Assembly (NCBI GenBank): GCA_051881775.1
Contig: JBJEQN010000103.1
Location: 14,604 to 78,603, forward strand
Direction of reading: 5' to 3'
DNA length: 64,000 nucleotides
Source: Oscillospiraceae bacterium
GTDB lineage: Bacteria > Bacillota > Clostridia > Oscillospirales > Ruminococcaceae
Both the position numbers and the translations under genes were made by a program. Positions 9,277 through 17,757 of the stretch are shown here, piece by piece (position 1 is the first letter of the stretch; every line of letters starts with the position of its first letter). The notes below the pieces were generated by a model. That model was not told the origin of the DNA. It was given only the letters and a program-made list of their open reading frames with translations, and ran no database searches.

Positions 9277-10107
9277 ATGAGCGCTGCCGATAAAATTTTT
9301 ATAGATAACGTTAAGGATATACTTGCAAACGGCGTATGGGACACAGACCTTGAAGTCCGTCCCAAATGGGAGGACGGCACACCTGCCCACACGGTAAAGA
9401 AATTCTGCATTGTCAACAGATACGACCTTGCAAAGGAATTTCCCATAATGACCCTGCGCCGCACCTTTATGAAAACTGCCGTCAAGGAGCTGCTTTGGAT
9501 ATGGCAGAAAAAATCCAACAACATCGCCGACCTTGACGCTCATATCTGGGACAGCTGGGCGGACGAAAACGGCTCTATCGGCAAGGCCTACGGCTACCAG
9601 CTTGGGGTCAAGCATCACTACCCCGAGGGCGACTTTGACCAGGTGGACAGGGTGCTTTACGACTTAAAGCACAATCCTGCCAGCCGCCGCATTATGACTA
9701 ATATTTATAATCATCACGACCTGCACGAAATGGGGCTTTACCCTTGCGCATACAGCGTGACCTTCAATGTAACGGGCAATAAGCTGAACGCAATTCTCAA
9801 TCAGCGTTCACAGGATATGCTTACTGCGAACAACTGGAACGTCTGCCAGTATGCGGTGCTTGTGCATATGATGGCGCAGGTAAGCGGCTTTGAGGTGGGT
9901 GAGCTTGTTCACGTTATTGCGGACGCACACATTTACGACCGCCACGTTCCCATTATTGAAAAGCTTATCGAAAAGGAGCCTTACGACGCTCCCAAGTTTG
10001 TGATTGACAAGTCTGTGACGGATTTTTACGCTTTCACTCCCGACAGCTTTTCTCTTGAAGATTACAAGTATCATAATGATGAGGTAAAATTCCCCGTTGC
10101 AATATGA
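9277..10107 (+). CDS. thyA: thymidylate synthase (ThyA type)
   Basis: Close resemblance to Bacillus ThyA (KELLWIWQ, catalytic Cys context YPCAY, RSQD). Confidence 0.95.
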   Translation: MSAADKIFIDNVKDILANGVWDTDLEVRPKWEDGTPAHTVKKFCIVNRYDLAKEFPIMTLRRTFMKTAVKELLWIWQKKSNNIADLDAHIWDSWADENGSIGKAYGYQLGVKHHYPEGDFDQVDRVLYDLKHNPASRRIMTNIYNHHDLHEMGLYPCAYSVTFNVTGNKLNAILNQRSQDMLTANNWNVCQYAVLVHMMAQVSGFEVGELVHVIADAHIYDRHVPIIEKLIEKEPYDAPKFVIDKSVTDFYAFTPDSFSLEDYKYHNDEVKFPVAI

Positions 10108-10125
10108 CCGAGAGAATGTGATTTA

Positions 10126-10341
10126 ATGATAATGAATACAGAACTCAAAATTTTTACGGCTGTAATTCTGCTTATTTTCGGTGCGGCTCATATATTTTTT
10201 CCGCAGGTATTATGGTATTTTGCCCACGGTATACATGACAAGAACGCCGAGCCGGGGGAGCATACCGAATTGATATACAGAATTGTCGGCGGAATTCTTG
10301 CCGTGATAGGAATTATAGTTTTGATAGGAGCGCTTATATGA
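10126..10341 (+). CDS. small two-TM membrane protein of unknown function
   Basis: 71 codons with two hydrophobic helices. It sits between thyA and folA, with its stop overlapping the folA start (ATGA). Confidence 0.5.
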   Translation: MIMNTELKIFTAVILLIFGAAHIFFPQVLWYFAHGIHDKNAEPGEHTELIYRIVGGILAVIGIIVLIGALI

Positions 10342-10826
10342 TAACAGCAATAGCGGCGGTGAGCCGAAACTGGGGAATAGGCAGGGATAACGACCTGCTG
10401 TACAATATCCCCGAGGATAAAAAATTCTTCCGCAGAACTACCCTTGAACATACTGTTATAATGGGAAGAAAGACCCTGCTTTCCCTTCCGAACGGCAAGC
10501 CCTTCAAGGACAGGAACAACGTTGTTCTTTCACACAATAAGGACTTTTGCCCCGAGGGAGTAACCGTCCTGAGAAGTGTTGAGGAAGCTGTGAAGTATGC
10601 CGAAAACGAGGGCGGAGAGGTGTTTATCGTAGGCGGCGGCTCCGTTTACAAGGAAATGCTCCCGTTCTGCGGCAAGGCGCTTATAACAAAGATAGACGGT
10701 GCGCCCGATGCAGACGTATTTTTCCCGAACCTTGACGAGCTGTCCGAATGGAAGCTGACGGAGGAATCGGAGGAACAGGAATACGAGGGCGTTAAATATA
10801 AATTCTGTACTTACGAAAGAATCTGA
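10338..10826 (+). CDS. folA: dihydrofolate reductase
   Basis: IAAVSRNWGIGRDNDLLYNIPEDKKFFRRTT...VIMGRKT motifs; 162 aa. Confidence 0.95.
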   Translation: MITAIAAVSRNWGIGRDNDLLYNIPEDKKFFRRTTLEHTVIMGRKTLLSLPNGKPFKDRNNVVLSHNKDFCPEGVTVLRSVEEAVKYAENEGGEVFIVGGGSVYKEMLPFCGKALITKIDGAPDADVFFPNLDELSEWKLTEESEEQEYEGVKYKFCTYERI

Positions 10827-10853
10827 CCGATATTTTGAAAAGAGGTTGGCTTT

Positions 10854-11582
10854 ATGGACGAAAAATTGGAATTATTCAAGCAGTGGTTAAAGGAATCGGA
10901 TAAGGTGGTGTTTTTCGGCGGAGCAGGCGTTTCCACCGAGAGCGGCATACCCGATTTCAGAAGCGTTGACGGTCTTTATAATCAGAAGTATAAATTCCCC
11001 CCCGAAACGATTTTAAGCAGAACCTTTTTCTGCAATCATCTGACCGATTTTTACGAATTTTACCGTGAAAAAATGCTCTGCCTTGACGCAAAGCCCAACT
11101 CTGCGCATTATGCTCTTGCAAAACTGGAGCAGATGGGCAAGCTGACGGCTGTGGTTACGCAGAATATTGACGGACTTCACTACGCCGCAGGAAGCAAGAC
11201 CGTATACGAGCTTCACGGTTCCATACACAGAAACTACTGCCTGCGCTGCGGAAAAAATCACAGTGCCGAGTATATCAAAAGCGTGGACGGACCTCCGCCT
11301 TGTACCGACTGCGGCGGACTTGTAAAGCCCGATGTTGTTCTTTATGAAGAAGGTCTTGACCAAAAGACCGTAAACGGTGCAATCAAGGCAATAAGCGAAG
11401 CTGATATGCTTATAATCGGCGGAACATCGCTGACGGTCTATCCTGCCAGCGGACTTATCGACTATTTCAAGGGCAAGCACCTTGTTCTTATAAACAAGAC
11501 CCCCACCCCCAAGGACGAGACCGCAGACCTGCTTATTCAGGACAGTATATGCAAGGCACTCAGCGTTGTTGACGAGCTTTGA
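10854..11582 (+). CDS. cobB: NAD-dependent protein deacylase (Sir2 family)
   Basis: GAGVSTESGIPDFRS, QNIDGLH and the Zn ribbon CxxC...CxxC (CLRCG...CTDCGG). Confidence 0.9.
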   Translation: MDEKLELFKQWLKESDKVVFFGGAGVSTESGIPDFRSVDGLYNQKYKFPPETILSRTFFCNHLTDFYEFYREKMLCLDAKPNSAHYALAKLEQMGKLTAVVTQNIDGLHYAAGSKTVYELHGSIHRNYCLRCGKNHSAEYIKSVDGPPPCTDCGGLVKPDVVLYEEGLDQKTVNGAIKAISEADMLIIGGTSLTVYPASGLIDYFKGKHLVLINKTPTPKDETADLLIQDSICKALSVVDEL

Positions 11583-11596
11583 CAGGAGTAACGCTT

Positions 11597-12598
11597 ATGA
11601 AAAAAATTACGGCACTTGTTTTCTCTGCCGCTGTTCTGGTATCGGTTTTTACAGGCTGCGGAGAAGCTGCGGAAAGTGCAGAGCTTGCTGAAGAAATTAC
11701 CGTGAGCGTTTCAGATGTGGTCGAAGCTGCCGTTACATTTTCGGAGACTTTGGAAACAACGCTTGAAGAAACTTCCGATACGATTTCCGAAAGGTCGCTT
11801 ACAACCTCTGAAACGGGATCCGAAACAGCAGAAATAACAACAGCTGCAATTTCCGAAACATCACTTACTGCCTCTGAAACGGAAGCTGTAACAGAAGTGA
11901 CCACAACAGCCGAAAGTGCCGAAAAAGCCGCCGAAACTAAAAGCGGCGGAACTTATGCGGCTGATAAGGATTCTCTTGTTGGAACGTGGTATGCTATCGA
12001 CAGCGAATCTTATGAAGAAATGACCTATACTTTTAGCGAAGACGGAACAATAACGGCTTCTGACGCTTCCAAAAAAGAAAGCGGAACATACACGGTGAAC
12101 AACGGTTTGCTGGAACTCACTCTTTCATACGAGGGAGAAGACTATATCCAATCAATTGCAGCGGTCGTTGACGGGGATGTTCTTGTTTTAGACCTTATCG
12201 GGCTGAATACGGAGCTGATAAGGGAAGAATTTGTGCCGTATACGGAAGACAGAACTTTGTATGACTATTGTCACGACATCGGTTCGACCACTGTACCGCT
12301 GTTTTTGTCAAGGGAAAAGTCTGTTTTAGCCGAACAGAAAGACGTTCTCGGTGAATGGACGGTTTTTGAAAAAGGCGAAGCGGCAGGAAAGTGTGTGTTT
12401 GACGAAAACAGCATAACAGAAATAAGAAACGGTAAAGAAGAAACTCTGCCAATAATGCTTAAAAACGGCAGAACGGCTTTCTCGGGTGAAGCCCCCGAAA
12501 ACGTATCTCTTTCCGAAGATATTGTCAGTTATTTATGCGGTGGGAAAATTTATACGTTTGACGCAATATTTCCCACGATAATGGAAAAAATCAAATAA
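11597..12598 (+). CDS. lipoprotein of unknown function with a T/E/S-rich linker
   Basis: Signal peptide plus lipobox (VSVFTGC) at ATG 11597, then a low-complexity acidic linker and a globular domain. Confidence 0.7.
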   Translation: MKKITALVFSAAVLVSVFTGCGEAAESAELAEEITVSVSDVVEAAVTFSETLETTLEETSDTISERSLTTSETGSETAEITTAAISETSLTASETEAVTEVTTTAESAEKAAETKSGGTYAADKDSLVGTWYAIDSESYEEMTYTFSEDGTITASDASKKESGTYTVNNGLLELTLSYEGEDYIQSIAAVVDGDVLVLDLIGLNTELIREEFVPYTEDRTLYDYCHDIGSTTVPLFLSREKSVLAEQKDVLGEWTVFEKGEAAGKCVFDENSITEIRNGKEETLPIMLKNGRTAFSGEAPENVSLSEDIVSYLCGGKIYTFDAIFPTIMEKIK

Positions 12599-12656
12599 TT
12601 CTGAATTTTACATACATTGCTAAGGCTTATGGAGCAGCTTACGAAAGGGGAGCGTT

Positions 12657-13403
12657 ATGAAGAAAACATTATCGGCAGCTTTTGCGTTAATAATTTCCGC
12701 AGCGCTTCTTTCCGCCTGCGGCTCTGTTGCCGAAGAAAATTCCGCAGCAACCGTTAATACGGCAGAAGCGGCAGCATATTCCGAGCCTGAACTGACGGAA
12801 GCGGCAGCGTCCGTTTCCGAAGATGATGCCCTTATCCCTGCGGAACAGGAAGATATTCTCGGGGCATGGATAAAAAGATCGGCTGGGGTAATTTTTCTTT
12901 TTGAGGACAGCTGCATTGATGTTATGTTATCCGGTCAAATATCCAGATCATATGTCGAAGTAAGCGGCGGAAAAGTGGTTTCTTCCGGCGAAACGCAGCT
13001 TCCCGAATGCAGCTTTTATCTATCGGGCGATAAGCTGCTGTATGTTTCCGATTCCGAACGTCTGACCCTTGAAAGATATAAGGAAACCGAGCTTACAGCT
13101 GAAATGCTTGACGGCTGCCGCACGGAGGTCGTTAAAACCGTGACTGCCGATACTGCACAGAACACCGCTTTTTCCAACACAGCCGACGGACGGTATTTCT
13201 GCTTTGACGGCAGCACTTTCTGCGAGCCTTGGGAGGGTTCTTCCGGCAGCTATACAATAACCGGGCAGACAATAACCTTGCCTATTGACGGAAAAAATGT
13301 TACTTATACATATTACACCTGGGGAGATCATATTTACCTTATAGGCGATGAGGATCACCTTGTATTTTACGGCGCAGAAAACAAGCTGCGCCTTATGGAA
13401 TAA
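12657..13403 (+). CDS. lipoprotein of unknown function
   Basis: MKKTLSAAFALIISAALLSAC lipobox and an A/E/S-rich linker. Its layout resembles the preceding gene. Confidence 0.7.
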   Translation: MKKTLSAAFALIISAALLSACGSVAEENSAATVNTAEAAAYSEPELTEAAASVSEDDALIPAEQEDILGAWIKRSAGVIFLFEDSCIDVMLSGQISRSYVEVSGGKVVSSGETQLPECSFYLSGDKLLYVSDSERLTLERYKETELTAEMLDGCRTEVVKTVTADTAQNTAFSNTADGRYFCFDGSTFCEPWEGSSGSYTITGQTITLPIDGKNVTYTYYTWGDHIYLIGDEDHLVFYGAENKLRLME

Positions 13404-13427
13404 ATAATCTGAAAGGACAAACAAAAA

Positions 13428-14267
13428 ATGCTTTTACCCGAATTTTATGTTGACGACGTTATAAAAAGAGCGCTGGAGGAGGATATAAACTATATCGACC
13501 TTGCAACAGACCTGCTTATTTCCGATGAAGACACCTCCGCTGCCGAGTTTGTTTCCAAGGCAGATGGCGTTCTTGCAGGAATCGACTGCGCATTGAGAAC
13601 ATTTACCTTTGTTGACAGCTCTGTAAAGTGTGAAATTTTCATTCACGACGGCGAAAAAGTCAAAAAAGGCGACGTTATTGCAAGAGTTGAGGGAAAAACA
13701 CGCTCAATTTTGAAAGCGGAACGCACTTCCCTTAATATTTTGCAGCATATGTCGGGCGTTGCGACCGCTACAAACCGCCTTGTTGAAGCCTGCTCGGGAA
13801 CAAAGGCTTCTATCGTTGATACAAGAAAAACTCTTCCCGGACTTCGTGCCCTTGAAAAGTATGCTGTAACGGCAGGGGGCGGCAGAAATCACCGCTTCAA
13901 TCTCTCCGACGCAGCTATGCTTAAAGATAACCATATTGACGCTTACGGCAGCATTACAGGCGCAGTTTCGGCTCTTAAAGCAAAGATAGGTCATATGGCG
14001 AAAATTGAAGTTGAAGTCAGAAACAAGGAAGAACTGCTTGAAGCCCTGAACTGCAAGTGTGACGTTATTATGCTTGACAATATGACCCCGGAAGAAATGA
14101 CCGAGTGCGTAAAAATTACAGACGGCAGAGCCGTTCTTGAAGCTTCGGGTAACGTTACTATCGACAACGTTGCAGCTGTTGCCGCATCGGGAGTTGATAT
14201 TATTTCCGTTGGTGCAATAACCCATTCGGTAAAGGTGTTTGATATTTCCCTTAAAATAAGAAAGTGA
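13428..14267 (+). CDS. nadC: nicotinate-nucleotide pyrophosphorylase (carboxylating) / quinolinate phosphoribosyltransferase
   Basis: Typical NadC sequence (RTSLNILQHMSGVAT, DTRKTLPGLR, GGGRNHR, MLDNM). Confidence 0.95.
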   Translation: MLLPEFYVDDVIKRALEEDINYIDLATDLLISDEDTSAAEFVSKADGVLAGIDCALRTFTFVDSSVKCEIFIHDGEKVKKGDVIARVEGKTRSILKAERTSLNILQHMSGVATATNRLVEACSGTKASIVDTRKTLPGLRALEKYAVTAGGGRNHRFNLSDAAMLKDNHIDAYGSITGAVSALKAKIGHMAKIEVEVRNKEELLEALNCKCDVIMLDNMTPEEMTECVKITDGRAVLEASGNVTIDNVAAVAASGVDIISVGAITHSVKVFDISLKIRK

Positions 14268-14282
14268 TTAGGAAGTGTTATC

Positions 14283-14891
14283 TTGAAAAGTATGACTGTT
14301 TTGTATGCAGTTCACGATAATCTTTATGTAAATCTTACCAACAGATGCCCCTGCAACTGCACCTTCTGCATCCGCCACAACGGAGACGGAGCTTACGGCT
14401 CGGACAGCTTGTGGCTTGAACGTGAGCCGGAGGTGGACGAGGTCATTGCAGAGTTTGATAAATACGGCGATCTGTCGCAGTTCAAGGAGATCGTTTTCTG
14501 CGGCTATGGCGAACCTATGGAGCGTGCGGAGGATGTTGCCTTTATCGGACGTTATCTTAAGGATAATTACGGTGTGACCATAAGGCTGAACACCAATGGT
14601 TTGGGCGATAAGATAAAAGGCTATCCCACGGCAAAGCTGCTGGAGGGCGCTGTGGACATAGTTTCCGTTTCGCTTAATTCCTACTGCAAGGAAAAGTACA
14701 ATGAAGTGACCCGTCCTAAGTGGGACGACGCTTTTGACGCAATGATCTCCTTTGCGTCGGACTGCAAAAAGTATGTTCCCGAGGTAATGTTCACGGTTGT
14801 GGACGTTATCCCTCCCGAGGATATAAGCCGAAGCAAGGCGCTTGCAATGTCCCTTGGGATAAAACTCAGGGTAAGGACCTATGATTCGTAA
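14283..14891 (+). CDS. radical SAM protein (small, TatD-associated type)
   Basis: CPCNCTFC contains a CX3CX2C cluster motif. TTG at 14283 has AGGAAG 7 nt upstream; an alternative ATG lies at 14292. Confidence 0.7.
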   Translation: MKSMTVLYAVHDNLYVNLTNRCPCNCTFCIRHNGDGAYGSDSLWLEREPEVDEVIAEFDKYGDLSQFKEIVFCGYGEPMERAEDVAFIGRYLKDNYGVTIRLNTNGLGDKIKGYPTAKLLEGAVDIVSVSLNSYCKEKYNEVTRPKWDDAFDAMISFASDCKKYVPEVMFTVVDVIPPEDISRSKALAMSLGIKLRVRTYDS

Positions 14892-14911
14892 AATTTATAA
14901 AAAATGAGGTA

Positions 14912-15931
14912 ATGGCTATGAGCGAATGTTACGCAAAAAAAGTTGAACACAAAGGAATAGAAGCCGTAGAGCTTTGCGCAGGAGGATACCGTGCGATCGT
15001 TGCTCCCTCCTTGGGCACCAACGTTCTCCGTTTCCGTGATGAAAAGAGGGGAATGGAGATTTTCCGTTACAGCGATGAGCTTACAATAGCGGAGTTTATG
15101 GAAGCACCCGAAATATGGGGTCTGCCTACGCTGTATCTTCCAAACCGCCACGACAACGGCGTTCTGAGGACTTCCGACGCTGTCTATCATCTTCCCGTGA
15201 ACGAGACACGTTTCAAAAACCACCTTCACGGCTTCCTGCATAAGCGTCCCCACAAAATAAAGGAAATGGGCAGCGAAAACGGCAGAGCCTTTATTACAAC
15301 TGTTTACAAATATGACGAAAACGATTTCTTCTTCAATTGTTTCCCCGTAAAATTTACTTCTGAAATAACCATTGAGCTTTCAAAGGACGGCTTAAAGCAT
15401 ACACTTACCCTTAAAAACCAGTCCAAGGCAATGATGCCTGTTTCAATTGCAACTCATACAACTATCAACGCACCCTTTGTTGACGGCGGCAAGCAGGAAA
15501 ATATCCGTCTGCAGGTGCCTGCGGTCAAGAAGCTGCAGTTCAACAAAAAGCGCTGGCTCCCCAACGGCAGACAGCTTGCCCTTAACGATTGGGACAAGGA
15601 ATATGTCGAGGGAACAAAATGCCCCGTTCTTCAGGACATCTGCAACGATATGTACACCGCAGGAACGGTCAAGCTGAACGGCAAGGACTTTTACGGCTGC
15701 GTAATGACCGATACCGAAAGCGGAAAGAAGATATGCTATGAGGTAGATGATAAATACAAGTTCTGGATAGTATGGAATCACGAAGGCTTCAAAAACTATT
15801 TCTGCCCCGAGCCGATGACAGCACAGGTCAACGCCGCAAATCTTGATATGCCTGCCGAAAAGAGCGGTTACACCGAGCTTAAACCGGGCAAGAGCTATAC
15901 CGTTTCACAGTGCTTCTTTACTGCCGATTAA
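14912..15931 (+). CDS. aldose 1-epimerase family protein
   Basis: The N-terminal pattern (AGGYRAIVAPSLGTNVLRF), length and beta-sandwich-like composition fit the galactose-mutarotase-like superfamily. Confidence 0.7.
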   Translation: MAMSECYAKKVEHKGIEAVELCAGGYRAIVAPSLGTNVLRFRDEKRGMEIFRYSDELTIAEFMEAPEIWGLPTLYLPNRHDNGVLRTSDAVYHLPVNETRFKNHLHGFLHKRPHKIKEMGSENGRAFITTVYKYDENDFFFNCFPVKFTSEITIELSKDGLKHTLTLKNQSKAMMPVSIATHTTINAPFVDGGKQENIRLQVPAVKKLQFNKKRWLPNGRQLALNDWDKEYVEGTKCPVLQDICNDMYTAGTVKLNGKDFYGCVMTDTESGKKICYEVDDKYKFWIVWNHEGFKNYFCPEPMTAQVNAANLDMPAEKSGYTELKPGKSYTVSQCFFTAD

Positions 15932-16015
15932 ACTGCATTATTTTTACTTTTTATCTGTCACAACATATATTCACTAACAAATTACCATTGCATTTTTGAA
16001 AGGAAGCACCACAAT

Positions 16016-16582
16016 ATGAAAATTGGATACAAAGGTATTACGGGCGATTACGGCTGCCGTGCTGCAAAAGAGCTTGCCGTCAGCGCAGGATTGCTTGACC
16101 CCGATTTTGTTCCGTTCCCCGATTTTAAAAGCGCTGCGGAAGCCCTCGGAAACGGTACAATAGATATGGCAGCGGCTATGCTGTTCAGCTCCGTTGACGG
16201 GGAAAACAAGGAAACCTCGGCTGCGCTTGAAGATTTGGCATATACCAAGGTCACGGCGGCAGTCGTTCCGCTTCACCTGTGCATTTACGGGCAAAAAGGC
16301 TTCGCCGTAAAGGAAAATATCAACAAGATAGTTTCAAGCCCTGCTGCAATAAAGCAGACGGAGATTTTCTGCAAAGACAAGTTTCCGCTTACCAAAATTG
16401 TTGAAGCTGTTTCAAGTGAAGAAGCGGCACAGAAGCTTTCAGAGGGCGAGTACGGGAAATATGCCGCAGTTATCTGCCGTAAGGACGAAGGAACACGTTT
16501 TGGTCTGACTCTTATGTATGAAAATGCAGAGGATAAGGAAATAATGGCGTTGTTTGCTCTTATCAGAAAAGCGGCGACGTAA
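16016..16582 (+). CDS. divergent prephenate dehydratase-like (PDT-fold) protein without an ACT domain
   Basis: MKIGYKGITGDYG...FPDFKSAAEALGNGTIDMAAA aligns with the PDT N-terminus. The canonical ENS, SHPQA and TRF motifs are replaced (FSS, SSPAA, none). Confidence 0.4.
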   Translation: MKIGYKGITGDYGCRAAKELAVSAGLLDPDFVPFPDFKSAAEALGNGTIDMAAAMLFSSVDGENKETSAALEDLAYTKVTAAVVPLHLCIYGQKGFAVKENINKIVSSPAAIKQTEIFCKDKFPLTKIVEAVSSEEAAQKLSEGEYGKYAAVICRKDEGTRFGLTLMYENAEDKEIMALFALIRKAAT

Positions 16583-16587
16583 AATAA

Positions 16588-16629
16588 AGAGCTTTTACTT
16601 CCGAAATGGTTGTAAAAGCTCTGTTTTTA
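16588..16629. terminator. bidirectional terminator between convergent genes
   Basis: 11-bp stem AGAGCTTTTAC / GTAAAAGCTCT followed by GTTTTTA. Confidence 0.75.
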
Positions 16630-17550
16630 TAACGATGTAAGCACGTTTTTGACCTTCTTTATCTCTTCAAGGAACGCCTTGTCAAGGTCGGTGGGCTTGT
16701 AATGCTTCGGCATAATAAGCAGATCCTTGCCACGGTAGACAATATCGCTGCACTCTTTTTGTACCAAACGGAAGTGCGTGAGCTGCTCCTCTGTAAAGGG
16801 AGATACCCACATAAACGAGTTAGGTACGCTGTCCAGCAGGTCAAACTGACTTCCTCGGTCGTAAACGAAGATACGGCTTCTGTCGGAAGCGTTTGTTTTT
16901 TTCAGATACCTTGTAGAAAGGTAGGGAACTGTCATATCGCCCTGTATTATCTCAATATAATTGTCAAGGTCGGAGGTAACAAGGTCCTTTTTATCTGCAA
17001 GGGCGTTATTTTCAGCCATAAGCACAAGATAGGGGAAATTCCATATCTCTTCATAGTAAAATTCCTTGTCTTTCAGCAGGGAAATAAAGAAATCCTCATA
17101 TGCTTCTTCAAAACGGATGATCGCAAAGTTGTATTCTCCGTCCGAAACGCCGTTTATTGAGTTAAGAGCGTTGGTTTCACGGAAGTTTACCGAAATATGC
17201 TGGCTTCTGTCAATTGAATTGATGAAATAGGAGAATGCGTTTGCAATATATGAAGCTCTGGGAATGGCGATCTTCAACGTATTAAGCTCCGAATTATCCG
17301 GCTTAAGTATGGTTTCCATTTTTTCAAGCTGCTGAATGATCGTCTTAGCGCATTCGAGGAAAGCTGCACCCTTTTCGGTAGGTTCAACGCCCTTGGAAAT
17401 GCGCTTGAAAATAGGAGTGCCGTATTCATTTTCAACTTCTTTGATGGCCTTGCTCAGATTTGGCTGACCCATAAAAAGATTGGCGGCAGCCTTGGTAATG
17501 GAACCTGTTTTTTCAACTTCTACCATATATTTAAGCTGCAATAAATTCAT
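16627..17550 (-). CDS. LysR family transcriptional regulator
   Basis: N-terminal HTH (LLQLKYMVEVEKTGSITKAAANLFMGQPNLSKAIKEVE) plus a substrate-binding domain. ATG 17550 has AAGGA 9 nt upstream. Confidence 0.9.
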   Translation of the reverse strand: MNLLQLKYMVEVEKTGSITKAAANLFMGQPNLSKAIKEVENEYGTPIFKRISKGVEPTEKGAAFLECAKTIIQQLEKMETILKPDNSELNTLKIAIPRASYIANAFSYFINSIDRSQHISVNFRETNALNSINGVSDGEYNFAIIRFEEAYEDFFISLLKDKEFYYEEIWNFPYLVLMAENNALADKKDLVTSDLDNYIEIIQGDMTVPYLSTRYLKKTNASDRSRIFVYDRGSQFDLLDSVPNSFMWVSPFTEEQLTHFRLVQKECSDIVYRGKDLLIMPKHYKPTDLDKAFLEEIKKVKNVLTSL

Positions 17551-17690
17551 GCTGATCATTCCTTAAAATTTAAAATAGTCGCACAAACTGCGGAAAATTT
17601 GCAGAATATCCCAAAATTTTTCATATGATATTATACCACTTTAATGCCGTGAATAAATTAACAATATGCTAACAATGTATGAATATGCAA

Positions 17691-17727
17691 CAATTGCCGT
17701 ACAAATATCTGATCTGTACGGCAATTG
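17691..17727 (-). terminator. hairpin downstream of adhE
   Basis: 13-bp perfect stem CAATTGCCGTACA / TGTACGGCAATTG, 30 nt after the adhE stop. The U-tract is weak. Confidence 0.55.
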
Positions 17728-17757
17728 TATTGATTATTCGGTTAACAGAACGTCAGC

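Noticed and set aside
11560-11904. A 114-codon minus-strand ORF overlapping the start of the first lipoprotein gene.
   Set aside because: It is a low-complexity S/V/A/E translation mirroring the T/E/S-rich linker of the lipoprotein. It has no RBS, and the + strand has a clean signal peptide and lipobox.
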